A DNA stretch of 64,000 nt from an uncultured Bacteroidales bacterium (GTDB lineage: Bacteria > Bacteroidota > Bacteroidia > Bacteroidales > VadinHA17): NCBI GenBank assembly GCA_963825165.1, contig CAWGRY010000011.1:8642-72641 (forward strand), in the 5' to 3' direction. Of the stretch, positions 39,839 to 49,294 are shown one piece after another. A model generated the notes under the pieces. It was not told the origin of the DNA and searched no databases. It worked only from the letters and a program-made list of their open reading frames with translations. The translations under genes and the position numbers were made by a program. Position 1 is the first letter of the stretch, and every line of letters begins with the position of its first letter.

Positions 39839-42766
39839 ATGCGAGTGAAATCCAGCAAACCTGTATTGAAGTCATCATCAGAAAGAAAGACTTCTGTCAG
39901 GAATACCGAAAAGTTCCCGATAATTGGCATAGGAGCATCTGCGGGCGGACTTGAAGCATTGGAGCAGTTCCTGAGTAATGTGCCCGAGAAAAGCGGAATG
40001 GCCTTTATTGTGATCCAGCATCTTGATCCTACCCAAAAGGGAATGTTGCCGGAATTGCTGCAGAGGATTACCAGTATGAAAGTGCATCAGGTAACAGACC
40101 GTATTCCGGTCATGATAAACTCTGTATATGTAATCCCTCCGAACACCAGCATGTCAATATTAAATGGGATGCTGCACCTGTTTGAGCCTGTCGAATCACG
40201 GGGAATGCGGCTCCCGATTGATTATTTCTTTCGCTCTCTGGCAGATGACAGGAAGGATCTCAGTATAGGTATTATTCTCTCAGGGATGGGATCTGATGGC
40301 AGTGCCGGCCTCCGTGCCATTAAAGAAAAAAACGGGCTGGTGATGGTGCAGGATCCTTCCGATGCCAAATTCGACAGTATGCCACGCAGTGCTATCGATG
40401 CCGTGACCATTGATATAGTCGCTGCAGCCCGGGAGCTGCCTGCCAGGCTTATTGAATGCCTGAAGCATATCCCCGCTATCAGGTCAGATCTTAGTAACGT
40501 GCTGAAAGATAAAAGCTCGCTTGAAAAGATTATTATTCTCCTCCGGAATCAGACTGGTAACGACTTTTCCTTATATAAGAAAAATACACTCTACCGTCGG
40601 ATAGAAAGACGCATGAGCGTCCACAAAATTGATAGAATTGTCTCATATGTACACTTCTTACAGGGAAATCCCAAAGAAGTAGAGATCCTTTTCAAAGAAT
40701 TATTGATTGGCGTAACCAATTTCTTCAGGGATGCTCCGGTATGGGAAAAACTGAAAGAAAAGATCTTGCCGGCCGTGATTTCCAGGGCCCAGCCGGGTTC
40801 AATATTAAGAGCGTGGATTCCGGGGTGTTCAACAGGTGAAGAGGCATATTCGCTGGCAATAATATTTAAAGAGGCGCTTGCAAAGAGTAATCAGCATGGA
40901 GGACCTTCATTACAGATATTTGCTACTGATGTTGATGCCGATGTTATAGATATTGCAAGAAAAGGATCGTTCACGGCAAATATTGCAGCCGATGTATCTC
41001 CTGATCGCCTTGATCGCTTCTTCATTTCATCCGACGAAGGCTACCGGATAAAAACGGAAATAAGGGAAATGGTTGTGTTTGCACAACATAATATTATCCT
41101 GCATCCGCCTTTTACCCGGCTTGATATCCTCTCATGCCGTAATCTGCTGATATACATGGATGCTGAGCTGCAAAAGAAGCTTATCGGAATGTTTTACTAC
41201 AGCATCAATCCGGATGGAATAATGTTGTTGGGCAGCTCCGAAACTCCCGGAAACCAGAATCATCTTTTTGCCACTGTGGATGGCAGGTTGAAGATCTACA
41301 AGAGAACTCCTACAAGCCATCTGCCCGAGGTATTTGATTTTCCGTCTTCGTTTTCCAGATCCAGATCATCCATAGCGAAAAACCCGGTGCCAGACTGGCA
41401 AGGCCTCAATATTCAAACACTTGCCGACCAGATTTTGCTGGAACATTACGGACCCTCCGGTGTGCTTGTAAATGAGTACGGTGATATTATCTATATAAAC
41501 GGACATACAGGTAAATATCTGGAACCGGCTGTCGGCAAGGCAAACCTGAATATTTTTGCCATGTTGCGGGAAGACCTGCGCAACGAATTTCATACTGCCT
41601 TTCATCGGACGGTTACAAAAAAAGAAACAGTTGTTCTGCGCAACCTCAGAGTGAAAACAAATGGCATCACCCATACCGTAAATATCGACATTAAATGGAT
41701 TGATAAACCGGAGCTTTTGTACGGTACGGTGATGATAATTTTTACTGATGTAAAGGAGCCTGAAGACCTCCGTTTGCTTCCAAAAACAGGTAAGAAAAGT
41801 GTGCATGGTATCAGACAGAAGGAGATGGAAAACGAACTGCAGCGAATGCGTGACACGATGCAGAATACTCTGGAAGAAGTGCAGACTTCTCAGGAAGAAC
41901 TGAGATCCACAAATGAGGAGCTACAGTCCACAAATGAAGAACTGCAGTCTACTAATGAAGAACTTACCACGTCCAAGGAAGAAATGCAGAGTCTGAATGA
42001 AGAACTTCAGACCGTGAATGCAGAATTACAGGCAAAGGTAGATGATTATTCGCGGGTCAACAATGACATGAAAAACCTGCTCAACAGCACCGAAATTGCC
42101 ACACTGTTTCTCGACAAAGAGTTAAATATCCGTCGCTTTACCCTTGCCGCGACTAAAATATTCAAACTTATAAAAAGCGACATAGGACGACCTTTCACAG
42201 ACCAGGTATCAGACCTTTATTATCCGGGATTGGCTGACGATGCCATCGAAGTATTAAGAACACTGGTATTTATACAGAAAGAAATTCCTGCCAGAGACGA
42301 GCGGTGGTTTTTGGTTCGTATAATGCCATACCGAACTCACGATGACAGAATAGATGGACTTGTCATCACTTTTATCAATATCACAGATCATAAGAGGCTT
42401 GAAGAAAAATTACTTGAATACGAGAAGAAGTTCCATCTTTTGCTGGACGCTTCCCCGGATATAAAAGTAATATTGTCAGATGACATGAAAGTATTGGAAT
42501 TTAATCCTGAAGCTGAATTGTTCTTCGGTAAAAAACGTGATGATTGCATAAATAAGAATTTTATTCAGATGTTTGTTCCCGGGGAATCTCAGAAAAGCAC
42601 TGAAAGAAAAATAAAAGAACTGCTGTGCAAAGGTTTGAATGACAAACTGAAAATGAAGATAACTGCCGCCAATGGGAATATATCAGGTGTCGAATGTTTC
42701 GTTGCGGTTTCTCTTAATAACCTGAATAAGGCAGAAGGAATGATATTATCAATTAAAAATCAATAA
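39839..42766 (+). CDS. CheB-methylesterase / CheR-methyltransferase fusion followed by PAS domains and a coiled coil, with no kinase domain
   Basis: CheB-like IIGIGASAGGLEALEQF..FIVIQHLDP. CheR-like LRAWIPGCSTGEEAYSLAI...FATDVD...ILSCRNLLIY. EELxSTN heptads, then PAS (LNSTEIATLFLDKELNIRRFT) and a second PAS. Ends at 975 aa. Confidence 0.8.
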   Translation: MRVKSSKPVLKSSSERKTSVRNTEKFPIIGIGASAGGLEALEQFLSNVPEKSGMAFIVIQHLDPTQKGMLPELLQRITSMKVHQVTDRIPVMINSVYVIPPNTSMSILNGMLHLFEPVESRGMRLPIDYFFRSLADDRKDLSIGIILSGMGSDGSAGLRAIKEKNGLVMVQDPSDAKFDSMPRSAIDAVTIDIVAAARELPARLIECLKHIPAIRSDLSNVLKDKSSLEKIIILLRNQTGNDFSLYKKNTLYRRIERRMSVHKIDRIVSYVHFLQGNPKEVEILFKELLIGVTNFFRDAPVWEKLKEKILPAVISRAQPGSILRAWIPGCSTGEEAYSLAIIFKEALAKSNQHGGPSLQIFATDVDADVIDIARKGSFTANIAADVSPDRLDRFFISSDEGYRIKTEIREMVVFAQHNIILHPPFTRLDILSCRNLLIYMDAELQKKLIGMFYYSINPDGIMLLGSSETPGNQNHLFATVDGRLKIYKRTPTSHLPEVFDFPSSFSRSRSSIAKNPVPDWQGLNIQTLADQILLEHYGPSGVLVNEYGDIIYINGHTGKYLEPAVGKANLNIFAMLREDLRNEFHTAFHRTVTKKETVVLRNLRVKTNGITHTVNIDIKWIDKPELLYGTVMIIFTDVKEPEDLRLLPKTGKKSVHGIRQKEMENELQRMRDTMQNTLEEVQTSQEELRSTNEELQSTNEELQSTNEELTTSKEEMQSLNEELQTVNAELQAKVDDYSRVNNDMKNLLNSTEIATLFLDKELNIRRFTLAATKIFKLIKSDIGRPFTDQVSDLYYPGLADDAIEVLRTLVFIQKEIPARDERWFLVRIMPYRTHDDRIDGLVITFINITDHKRLEEKLLEYEKKFHLLLDASPDIKVILSDDMKVLEFNPEAELFFGKKRDDCINKNFIQMFVPGESQKSTERKIKELLCKGLNDKLKMKITAANGNISGVECFVAVSLNNLNKAEGMILSIKNQ
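41894..42034 (+). repeat. In-frame 21-nt periodic coding repeat (about 6-7 heptads, the first three nearly identical)
   Basis: GAAGAACTGAGATCCACAAAT / GAGGAGCTACAGTCCACAAAT / GAAGAACTGCAGTCTACTAAT, encoding EELRSTN EELQSTN EELQSTN EELTTSK EEMQSLN EELQTVN AELQ. Confidence 0.75.
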
Positions 42767-42770
42767 AGCC

Positions 42771-43319
42771 ATGAGTAAGAAAGCTCAGAATCTTACAGAT
42801 ACTCAACTACTGCGTCTGAACGCCGAAGAAAAACTGAAGGAAAAACCCAAAAGAACTGGCACCAGGGTTTTGGAAGCAGATACAAAGAAGCTCCTCCATG
42901 AACTACAGGTGCACCAGATAGAACTGGAAATGCAGAATGAGGAGTTGCGGCAGGCAAATGAAAGAGCAGAGGAAGCCCTTAGAAAGTATACAATGCTGTA
43001 TGATTTTGCCCCGATGGGCTATTTTACCCTTGACAGTGACGGCAGTATCAGTGAGCTTAATTTTACAGGGGCTGAAATGCTGGGCGATAAACGCTTTAGT
43101 CTGCTAAACAGTAATTTTAAACTGTTCGTTTCCGAATCTTCCAAATCTGTATTTAATAAGTTTTTCAAAAATGTATATACCAGTGAGGCTAAAGTGTCAT
43201 GTGAGCTGATGCTCGGTTATAATGGCAAGCCTTTGTGCCAGGTATATATGGAGGGAATAGTTTTAGGAGATGACCGCAAATGCCTCTTGTCAGTAGTCGA
43301 TATCTCGGGATTCAAATGA
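42771..43319 (+). CDS. Coiled-coil plus single PAS domain protein (looks like the N-terminal module of a sensor kinase, no output domain)
   Basis: LHELQVHQIELEMQNEELRQANERAEEA followed by YDFAPMGYFTLDSDGSISELNFTGAEMLG. Starts 4 nt after the CheB/CheR gene stop. Confidence 0.6.
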   Translation: MSKKAQNLTDTQLLRLNAEEKLKEKPKRTGTRVLEADTKKLLHELQVHQIELEMQNEELRQANERAEEALRKYTMLYDFAPMGYFTLDSDGSISELNFTGAEMLGDKRFSLLNSNFKLFVSESSKSVFNKFFKNVYTSEAKVSCELMLGYNGKPLCQVYMEGIVLGDDRKCLLSVVDISGFK

Positions 43320-43387
43320 CCTGATAAAACTGGATGAGAAAGCTCTGGTAGTCTTAAATTAAAAGCCTGAAGCTGCAAAGGCCAGAT

Positions 43388-44104
43388 CTATGTCTTTGTT
43401 ATAGGATGTATTTTCCTGATGATGTGTGAATTATATGTATAGTCGGGTATGGGTGCATAAATGAATAAACATGAGCCGCCCTTAATGGTTTTGATAATGT
43501 CCTCACTGAGTTCGACAGGAACAGCGGGACAGCCCTGACTGCGGCCAAGCCTTCCGTGAGCCCTGATAAAATCATCGGATACGTAATCTGCCCCATGAAT
43601 GACGATGGCACGTGCCCGTGCCTTATCATTTATACCTGTTTCCAGACCATCGAGTGCAAGAGATAAGCCGTGCCTGCCAATATAAGTCTCACCGGTAACA
43701 TAGAAACCGGGACTGCTTTCATATGAACCGGGAGTGTTGGAAAAACTCTCAGCCATAAGTTCCCCGGAATTACGACCATGAGAGACAAGACAGTGGTACA
43801 GGACTTTTCCCTGATGCAGGTCGATCACCCAAAGCCTTTCCCTGTCAGACTGAAGGCTGAAATCAATTATGGTGATCACTTCAGGACGGTTTATCGACTT
43901 TTCTTCGACAAGTAATTCATAACCCGCCAGGGCTGTCTGAAGCAAATATGACGGAGGAAATTCAGTACTATCTGCAGGTTGCGGGAACATATACTTCAGG
44001 ACAGGTCGGTCAGGAACGCTGTCAGGGTTTTCTATAATCGCCTGTGCACCAGGCAAAGAAAAAGGGAAAAACGATATAAAGACTAACAACAGGGTTTTTA
44101 ACAT
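43388..44104 (-). CDS. L,D-transpeptidase catalytic-domain family protein (YkuD-like)
   Basis: Signal peptide, then HGRNSG...AIVIHGADYV...GRLGRSQGCPAV, the catalytic Cys motif pattern of the murein L,D-transpeptidase-like family. Confidence 0.7.
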   Translation of the reverse strand: MLKTLLLVFISFFPFSLPGAQAIIENPDSVPDRPVLKYMFPQPADSTEFPPSYLLQTALAGYELLVEEKSINRPEVITIIDFSLQSDRERLWVIDLHQGKVLYHCLVSHGRNSGELMAESFSNTPGSYESSPGFYVTGETYIGRHGLSLALDGLETGINDKARARAIVIHGADYVSDDFIRAHGRLGRSQGCPAVPVELSEDIIKTIKGGSCLFIYAPIPDYTYNSHIIRKIHPITKT

Positions 44105-44255
44105 CGGAGGTAAAAATAATTATAAATCAATATAATACGTTTCCCGACCGGGTTTTATTATCCTTTTTTCTTAATTATTTTCTGTCTGATGCCATGAACC
44201 TGCACCCGGGCTTTCTCATCCGGCTTACCGCCGGTACACCGTAATTTTTGTTACT

Positions 44256-44969
44256 TCAGATCCATTCATCCTTCAGGATCTTCCCGTCAATGCTTACTAT
44301 CACGGCTTTTACAGGCACTTTTCGTGTTGCTCTGGCGACAGCGCTTCTTACCATCTGCAGGAGACCCCCGCAACAGGGCACTTCCATCATCATAACTGTT
44401 ATGGTATTGACTTTTGCAGTATCAATCAAAGCCACCAGTTTGTCGATATAGGTTTCCGTTCCATGGTCGAGCTTGGGACATGCAATTGCCAGCGACCTGT
44501 TCTTCAGAAAAGTCTGGTGGAACGACCCCAGGGAAAATGCAACGCAGTCGGCTGCAAGCAGGAGGTCAGCGTCTCTGTAAACGGGTGAATTTGGATTGAT
44601 AAGGTGCATCTGCACCGGCCAGTGAGTAAGCTGTGAAGGTGTGTCGGCCGCCATGGCTGAGACAGGTGGAGGTGCTATTATCCTTTCTTTGCTTCCGGGA
44701 CAACCTTCTCCATTATGCAAATGCATATCGACGGGCTCTTTTTTGCTCATCACTGCAACCTCATCAAACGGTTGTGCATCACGTTTCTCAATAGTAATGG
44801 CGCCTTCAGGACAATATCCGAGGCATGCGCCCAGGCCGTCACACATCAGCTCTGATACCAGCCTGACCTTGCCGTCAATAACCTGAAGGGCTCCTTCATG
44901 GCAGTTCGGTACACATTCACCGCAACCGGTGCACTTCTCTTCGTCTATTTTTATTATTTCTCTTTGCAT
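44256..44969 (-). CDS. 4Fe-4S dicluster-domain protein with a Cys-containing C-terminal domain of unknown function
   Basis: CTGCGECVPNC ... CDGLGACLGYCP ferredoxin-type motifs. The C-terminus carries CVAF, ACPKL and EVPCCGG. Located 18 nt downstream of the histidine kinase gene on the same strand. Confidence 0.65.
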   Translation of the reverse strand: MQREIIKIDEEKCTGCGECVPNCHEGALQVIDGKVRLVSELMCDGLGACLGYCPEGAITIEKRDAQPFDEVAVMSKKEPVDMHLHNGEGCPGSKERIIAPPPVSAMAADTPSQLTHWPVQMHLINPNSPVYRDADLLLAADCVAFSLGSFHQTFLKNRSLAIACPKLDHGTETYIDKLVALIDTAKVNTITVMMMEVPCCGGLLQMVRSAVARATRKVPVKAVIVSIDGKILKDEWI

Positions 44970-44987
44970 TACTTTTCCTGTTTGGTT

Positions 44988-47087
44988 TCACTTTAGTCCT
45001 CTTGTTTTTCCCGCAGGCGCTGCTGAGGGCAGGCTCACCGTGAAGCAGCTTCCGCTCTCCAATTTGCTCTCCACACTGATTGTGCCCTTGCTGATGGTGA
45101 CAAGCTCGTGCACCAGCTTAAGTCCGATCCCTGTTCCTTTTTCAGAATCAGTACCGGCCGTGGTATCTATCTCTGCTCCCGTGAACAGCTTCTTCTGCCG
45201 TTCTTCGCTGATACCCACCCCGTTGTCGCATATTTTTATTACCACTCCCGCATTATTCTTTTCCTGCTCCCTGACGCTGATAGTCACCTTTCCCCCGGGA
45301 TTGGTATATTTAATGGCGTTTGAAAGGAGGTTTCTTACCACAATATCAATAAGATCCCTGTCAATCCATCCTACCGCTTTTCCCACCTGTGTGAAGTTGA
45401 GCGATATGTTTTTCCTGTCTGCGGTCTCCTTCAGGATACTGATGTTGGTAAGAACAATATCAGCAAGGTCATTTTCTGAAGGTGCAAACCTGATCATATC
45501 TTCCTGTCCTCTTCCCCAGACAAGCATATTCTCTATCAGGCTTATAAGCAACTGGGAGTACTGTATACAAGAGTTAGCCATTGCTTCCGTCTTGTCCCCG
45601 TCCTTCTCCTCTCTGAGCATATGAAGGGTATAAAGGATGTTCACCACAGGGCTGCGGAGGTCATGCGCTATCACGGAGAAGACCTTATTCTTAAGATGAA
45701 TGGTCTCCGAGAGCTTTTTATTCTGGAGCGCGATCTGTTCATTTCTCGTATTAATCTCCATGCTCTTCGACTTCAGCTCCTTCGTTCTTTCTTCGACCCT
45801 GTCCTCAAGGCTGCGGTTCAGCTCTTCAAGCTGAAAGGCGAGCTTCTCCCTTTCCCTGCCCGACTTTACCCATTCGCGGATCAGCAGTGCTGCCTGTACA
45901 AAGACGAACAGCATCATCAGGAATGACAGTATGTAAATCTGCTGATTATTCTCAAAGCCGTTAGACAGCATGACGTCTGCGACAGCACCTGCACCAATGG
46001 CAAGTATGGCAACGAAATAGATAATATCGATCCAGTTCTTCCTTAACGATCCCCTGAGGCTCATGACAAGTGCATATACCAGCATAAAGAGGGCCACAGC
46101 CTGTATGACCCAAACTGAATAAGCAAAGATGTATACGGGAGCAGCAAGCACCAGGATGATGCCGGCAAGAAATATAAAATCAACAGCCAGGACTACCTTT
46201 CTGAACCATGCTGCCGGATATATGTAGTACACGAGCCATGCTCCTGATGCTATCATCAGGTAAAGCAGGATGTACTCGCCTTTCACGATCAGGTTCCAGT
46301 TGGTGACATCCAGTATTGATATCAGGAAAGGAGGGGAGAGAAACGGTCTGAGGGCAAGACACAGGGCAAGCAGGGAGAACATCAGAAGCTTATGGTTCTT
46401 CCTGTCATAAAGGTAAAAAGTAAAGAAGAAAATAAATGCTGCGAAGAGCATACCGTTCACTGCAATTGAGATGAACCACTGATTGGAGAAGTTTGTCTGT
46501 ATGGTATGAAACGTTCCTACCTTAAGTGGCAGCCAGAACCCTCCCCTGCGATGTTCGTAGTTCGATACCCTTATCAGTAGTTCAAGAGTATCATTATTAG
46601 GTACATAACTAAAGAAAAGTGGTTCATAGGCGGGTATTGATTCAGCCCTGCTGCGTGCCGGGGTGCCGTTCCTGGCGGTGGTGACACCGTTTACAGCGAT
46701 CTCGTAGGAACTGTCGAAAACAGGCATGTCGAACCCCAGCCGGTCACGATATCCGTCAGGCAAGAGAATGACTGCCCTATATGTACCATAGCCAAACCGC
46801 GGAAGCCTCTTCCCGCCGACGCTGTATTCAGACCAGTAACCAGGTACAGTACCGTAGCAGTCGGGAGTAAGGGTGTCAGTGATGTGACCTGGTTTTCCAT
46901 AAAGAAATTTGCCGAAATAGAACTCCCATTCGCCGTTCATCCTCAGGGTGAAATCATCTCCCTGCTGAATTTTTCTGAGATCAAGCACACCTTTGTCCAC
47001 CTTCACGGGTGCGCCTGTAACAAGACCTTGCAGAAGGCAGAGTGACACCAGTACCGTAATTGTCCTTCTCAGCTTGCTTAATGACAT
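44988..47087 (-). CDS. 7TMR-DISM-type sensor histidine kinase
   Basis: Signal peptide, about 190-aa extracytoplasmic domain, seven hydrophobic segments, coiled coil, HisKA (FSVIAHDLRSP) and HATPase_c (NAIKYT..GG...DNGVGIS...GTGIGL). Confidence 0.8.
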   Translation of the reverse strand: MSLSKLRRTITVLVSLCLLQGLVTGAPVKVDKGVLDLRKIQQGDDFTLRMNGEWEFYFGKFLYGKPGHITDTLTPDCYGTVPGYWSEYSVGGKRLPRFGYGTYRAVILLPDGYRDRLGFDMPVFDSSYEIAVNGVTTARNGTPARSRAESIPAYEPLFFSYVPNNDTLELLIRVSNYEHRRGGFWLPLKVGTFHTIQTNFSNQWFISIAVNGMLFAAFIFFFTFYLYDRKNHKLLMFSLLALCLALRPFLSPPFLISILDVTNWNLIVKGEYILLYLMIASGAWLVYYIYPAAWFRKVVLAVDFIFLAGIILVLAAPVYIFAYSVWVIQAVALFMLVYALVMSLRGSLRKNWIDIIYFVAILAIGAGAVADVMLSNGFENNQQIYILSFLMMLFVFVQAALLIREWVKSGREREKLAFQLEELNRSLEDRVEERTKELKSKSMEINTRNEQIALQNKKLSETIHLKNKVFSVIAHDLRSPVVNILYTLHMLREEKDGDKTEAMANSCIQYSQLLISLIENMLVWGRGQEDMIRFAPSENDLADIVLTNISILKETADRKNISLNFTQVGKAVGWIDRDLIDIVVRNLLSNAIKYTNPGGKVTISVREQEKNNAGVVIKICDNGVGISEERQKKLFTGAEIDTTAGTDSEKGTGIGLKLVHELVTISKGTISVESKLESGSCFTVSLPSAAPAGKTRGLK

Positions 47088-47094
47088 TCTTCAG

Positions 47095-49191
47095 TTATTG
47101 TTTTAAAAGACCACGGTTCTCAAGAAGTGCTTCGATGCCCGGCTCACGGCCTCTGAATGCGATATACATCTCGAGCTCATCTCTGGATCCTTTGCGCGAC
47201 AGTATCTCTTTCTCAAAACGTGACGCAACCTCCCGGTTGAAGATATCTCCCGTCTCCTTAAATGCTTTGAAGGCATCGGCGTCAAGTACTTCGCACCAGA
47301 TATAGCTGTAATATCCTGCAGAATAGCCTCCTGAAAAGATATGACTGAAATATGTGGAGCGGTAGCGGGGAATTATCTCGCTGATAAGCCCGTATTTCTC
47401 CATCGACTTCTGCTCAAACTCACCCACATTGATTTCGGCCGGTTCGGTAAGCGAATGGTACTCCATATCAAGAGATGAGGCAGCCAGGTACTCAACCGTT
47501 GTGAAACCGGTATTAAATTTGGAGGCCTTCTCAATCTTCTCAATGAGTTCATCAGGTATCACCTCGCCGGTCTGCCAGTGTTTTGCATAAACCTTCAGGA
47601 CCTCAGGTTCGAATACCCAGTGTTCCATGATCTGTGAAGGAAGTTCCACGAAGTCGCGTGACACCCCGCTGGTATATACGGTATTGGAGAGGAGATTATG
47701 CAGGGCATGCCCGAACTCATGGAAAAGTGTGCTGGCTTCTTCGGGTGAGAGCAGGGCAGGGCCGTCGCCGGAAGGAGGTGTGAAGTTGGTGACCATGCTT
47801 ACCAGCGGTGTGACCTGTGCACCTTTTTCATCGAGCCTCTGTGCACGCATGCCGCTGCACCAGGCACCGCCACGCTTAGAAGCGCGCGGATAATAGTCGA
47901 GCATCAATATGCCCACATGCTTGTTGTTCCTCTTCACCTCAAAGGTTTTAACGTCAGGATGATACCTGGGGATGTCGGTGCGTTCGCTGAACTCCAGCCC
48001 GTAAAGTTTATTGGCGACAAAGAACAGTCCGTCGGTGACATTATTTACCGAGAAATAGGGTCTTGTCTCTTCGTCACTGATATTATATTTCTCCTTGCGG
48101 ATCTTTTCGGTGTAATAAAACCAGTCCCATGGCTCCAGCTTGAATTTTCCGCCTTCACTGTCAATCATTGCCTGCTGTGCGGCAGCTTCCGTTTTGGCCA
48201 CCGGCAGCGCGGCATCCCAAATCTGTGCCAGGAAGCTCAAAACCTTTTCAGGTTCTTTTGCCATGTTGCGTTCAAGGACGTAATCGGCGTGGCTCCGGTA
48301 GCCCAGAAGCTTTGCTTTCTCGACCCGAAGCCTGACAATATCTGCAGCGATCTTGTTGTTGTCTCTTTCGTTGCCGTTGTTCCCGCGCATCATATAACCC
48401 CTGAACATCTTCTCCCTGAGATCCCTGTTGTCAGAATAGGTCATGAACGGGAAGTAGCTTGGAGCCTGGAGGGTGAAGAGCCATTTGCCTTCCTGATCTT
48501 TTGCTTTGGCTGCTGCTGCTGCCTGAGCCCTGACGCCTTCGGGCAGTCCTGAAAGATCATTTTCATTGTCGATCACAAGGGCAAAGCTGTTGGTCTCAGC
48601 CAGCAGATTCTCTCCGAATTTTACTGAAAGCAGCGACAGTTCGCCGTTCAGTTTGCGCAGCTTAGCCTTATCCTCCGATGAGAGTCCAATACCGTTACGG
48701 ATAAATCCCAGGTACTGATCCTCAAGCAGCTTGCTTTCCTCAGGTGTGAGATTGAACTTTTCCCTGTTATCATATACCGACTTAACTCTCTCGAAGAGTT
48801 TTTCATTGAGAGAGATATCGTCCCTGTGCTTTGAGAACAGGGGAGACATTTCTCTCTGCAGAGCCTGGATGGAATCATTTGTATTTGCTCCGCTGAGTGG
48901 TCCGAAAGCCCGCTGTACCTTATCAAACAGTTTCCCGGTGAACTGCATGGCTTTGATAGTGTTTTCAAAGGTCGGCTCCTCAGTATTGCTGATAATGGTA
49001 TTCACTTCAGCCATCTCTTCTTCCATTCCTTTCAGGAAGGCTGGCTTGAAGTGTTCAAATTTTATGACGTCGTACGGGGGAACTTCAAAGGGGGTGTCCC
49101 ACTTGCAGTAAAAAGGATTTTCGCATACCTCTTTCATGCATGAGGTGACGCTGAATAAAACGATTAAAAGCATAAGAAATAGTTTTTTCAT
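47095..49191 (-). CDS. M3-family metallopeptidase (peptidyl-dipeptidase Dcp-like) lipoprotein
   Basis: HEFGHALH zinc motif and M3 length and pattern. I chose the start at MKKLFLMLLIVLFSVTSC (lipobox) rather than the longer track start. Confidence 0.8.
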   Translation of the reverse strand: MKKLFLMLLIVLFSVTSCMKEVCENPFYCKWDTPFEVPPYDVIKFEHFKPAFLKGMEEEMAEVNTIISNTEEPTFENTIKAMQFTGKLFDKVQRAFGPLSGANTNDSIQALQREMSPLFSKHRDDISLNEKLFERVKSVYDNREKFNLTPEESKLLEDQYLGFIRNGIGLSSEDKAKLRKLNGELSLLSVKFGENLLAETNSFALVIDNENDLSGLPEGVRAQAAAAAKAKDQEGKWLFTLQAPSYFPFMTYSDNRDLREKMFRGYMMRGNNGNERDNNKIAADIVRLRVEKAKLLGYRSHADYVLERNMAKEPEKVLSFLAQIWDAALPVAKTEAAAQQAMIDSEGGKFKLEPWDWFYYTEKIRKEKYNISDEETRPYFSVNNVTDGLFFVANKLYGLEFSERTDIPRYHPDVKTFEVKRNNKHVGILMLDYYPRASKRGGAWCSGMRAQRLDEKGAQVTPLVSMVTNFTPPSGDGPALLSPEEASTLFHEFGHALHNLLSNTVYTSGVSRDFVELPSQIMEHWVFEPEVLKVYAKHWQTGEVIPDELIEKIEKASKFNTGFTTVEYLAASSLDMEYHSLTEPAEINVGEFEQKSMEKYGLISEIIPRYRSTYFSHIFSGGYSAGYYSYIWCEVLDADAFKAFKETGDIFNREVASRFEKEILSRKGSRDELEMYIAFRGREPGIEALLENRGLLKQ

Positions 49192-49294
49192 AACGTAGGT
49201 GTTTGGATTCAGGCCGTTAAAATATCTATAAATACTATTAAATTCAAGCCGGTGAAAAAATGTCTCCGGCCTTTTAAGTATAATTAACTGCCTG

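Noticed and set aside
19600-43400. Whether the low-GC, module-controlled block is a mobile genomic island.
   Set aside because: There are no integrase, transposase or conjugation genes, no tRNA target and no flanking direct repeats in the window. Calling it a mobile element would be unsupported.
43412-43440. GTGTGAATTATATGTATAG, similar to the module's first boxes.
   Set aside because: It lies inside the L,D-transpeptidase coding region, has the wrong spacing (TATATGTA) and has no downstream boxes. I treat it as a chance partial match.
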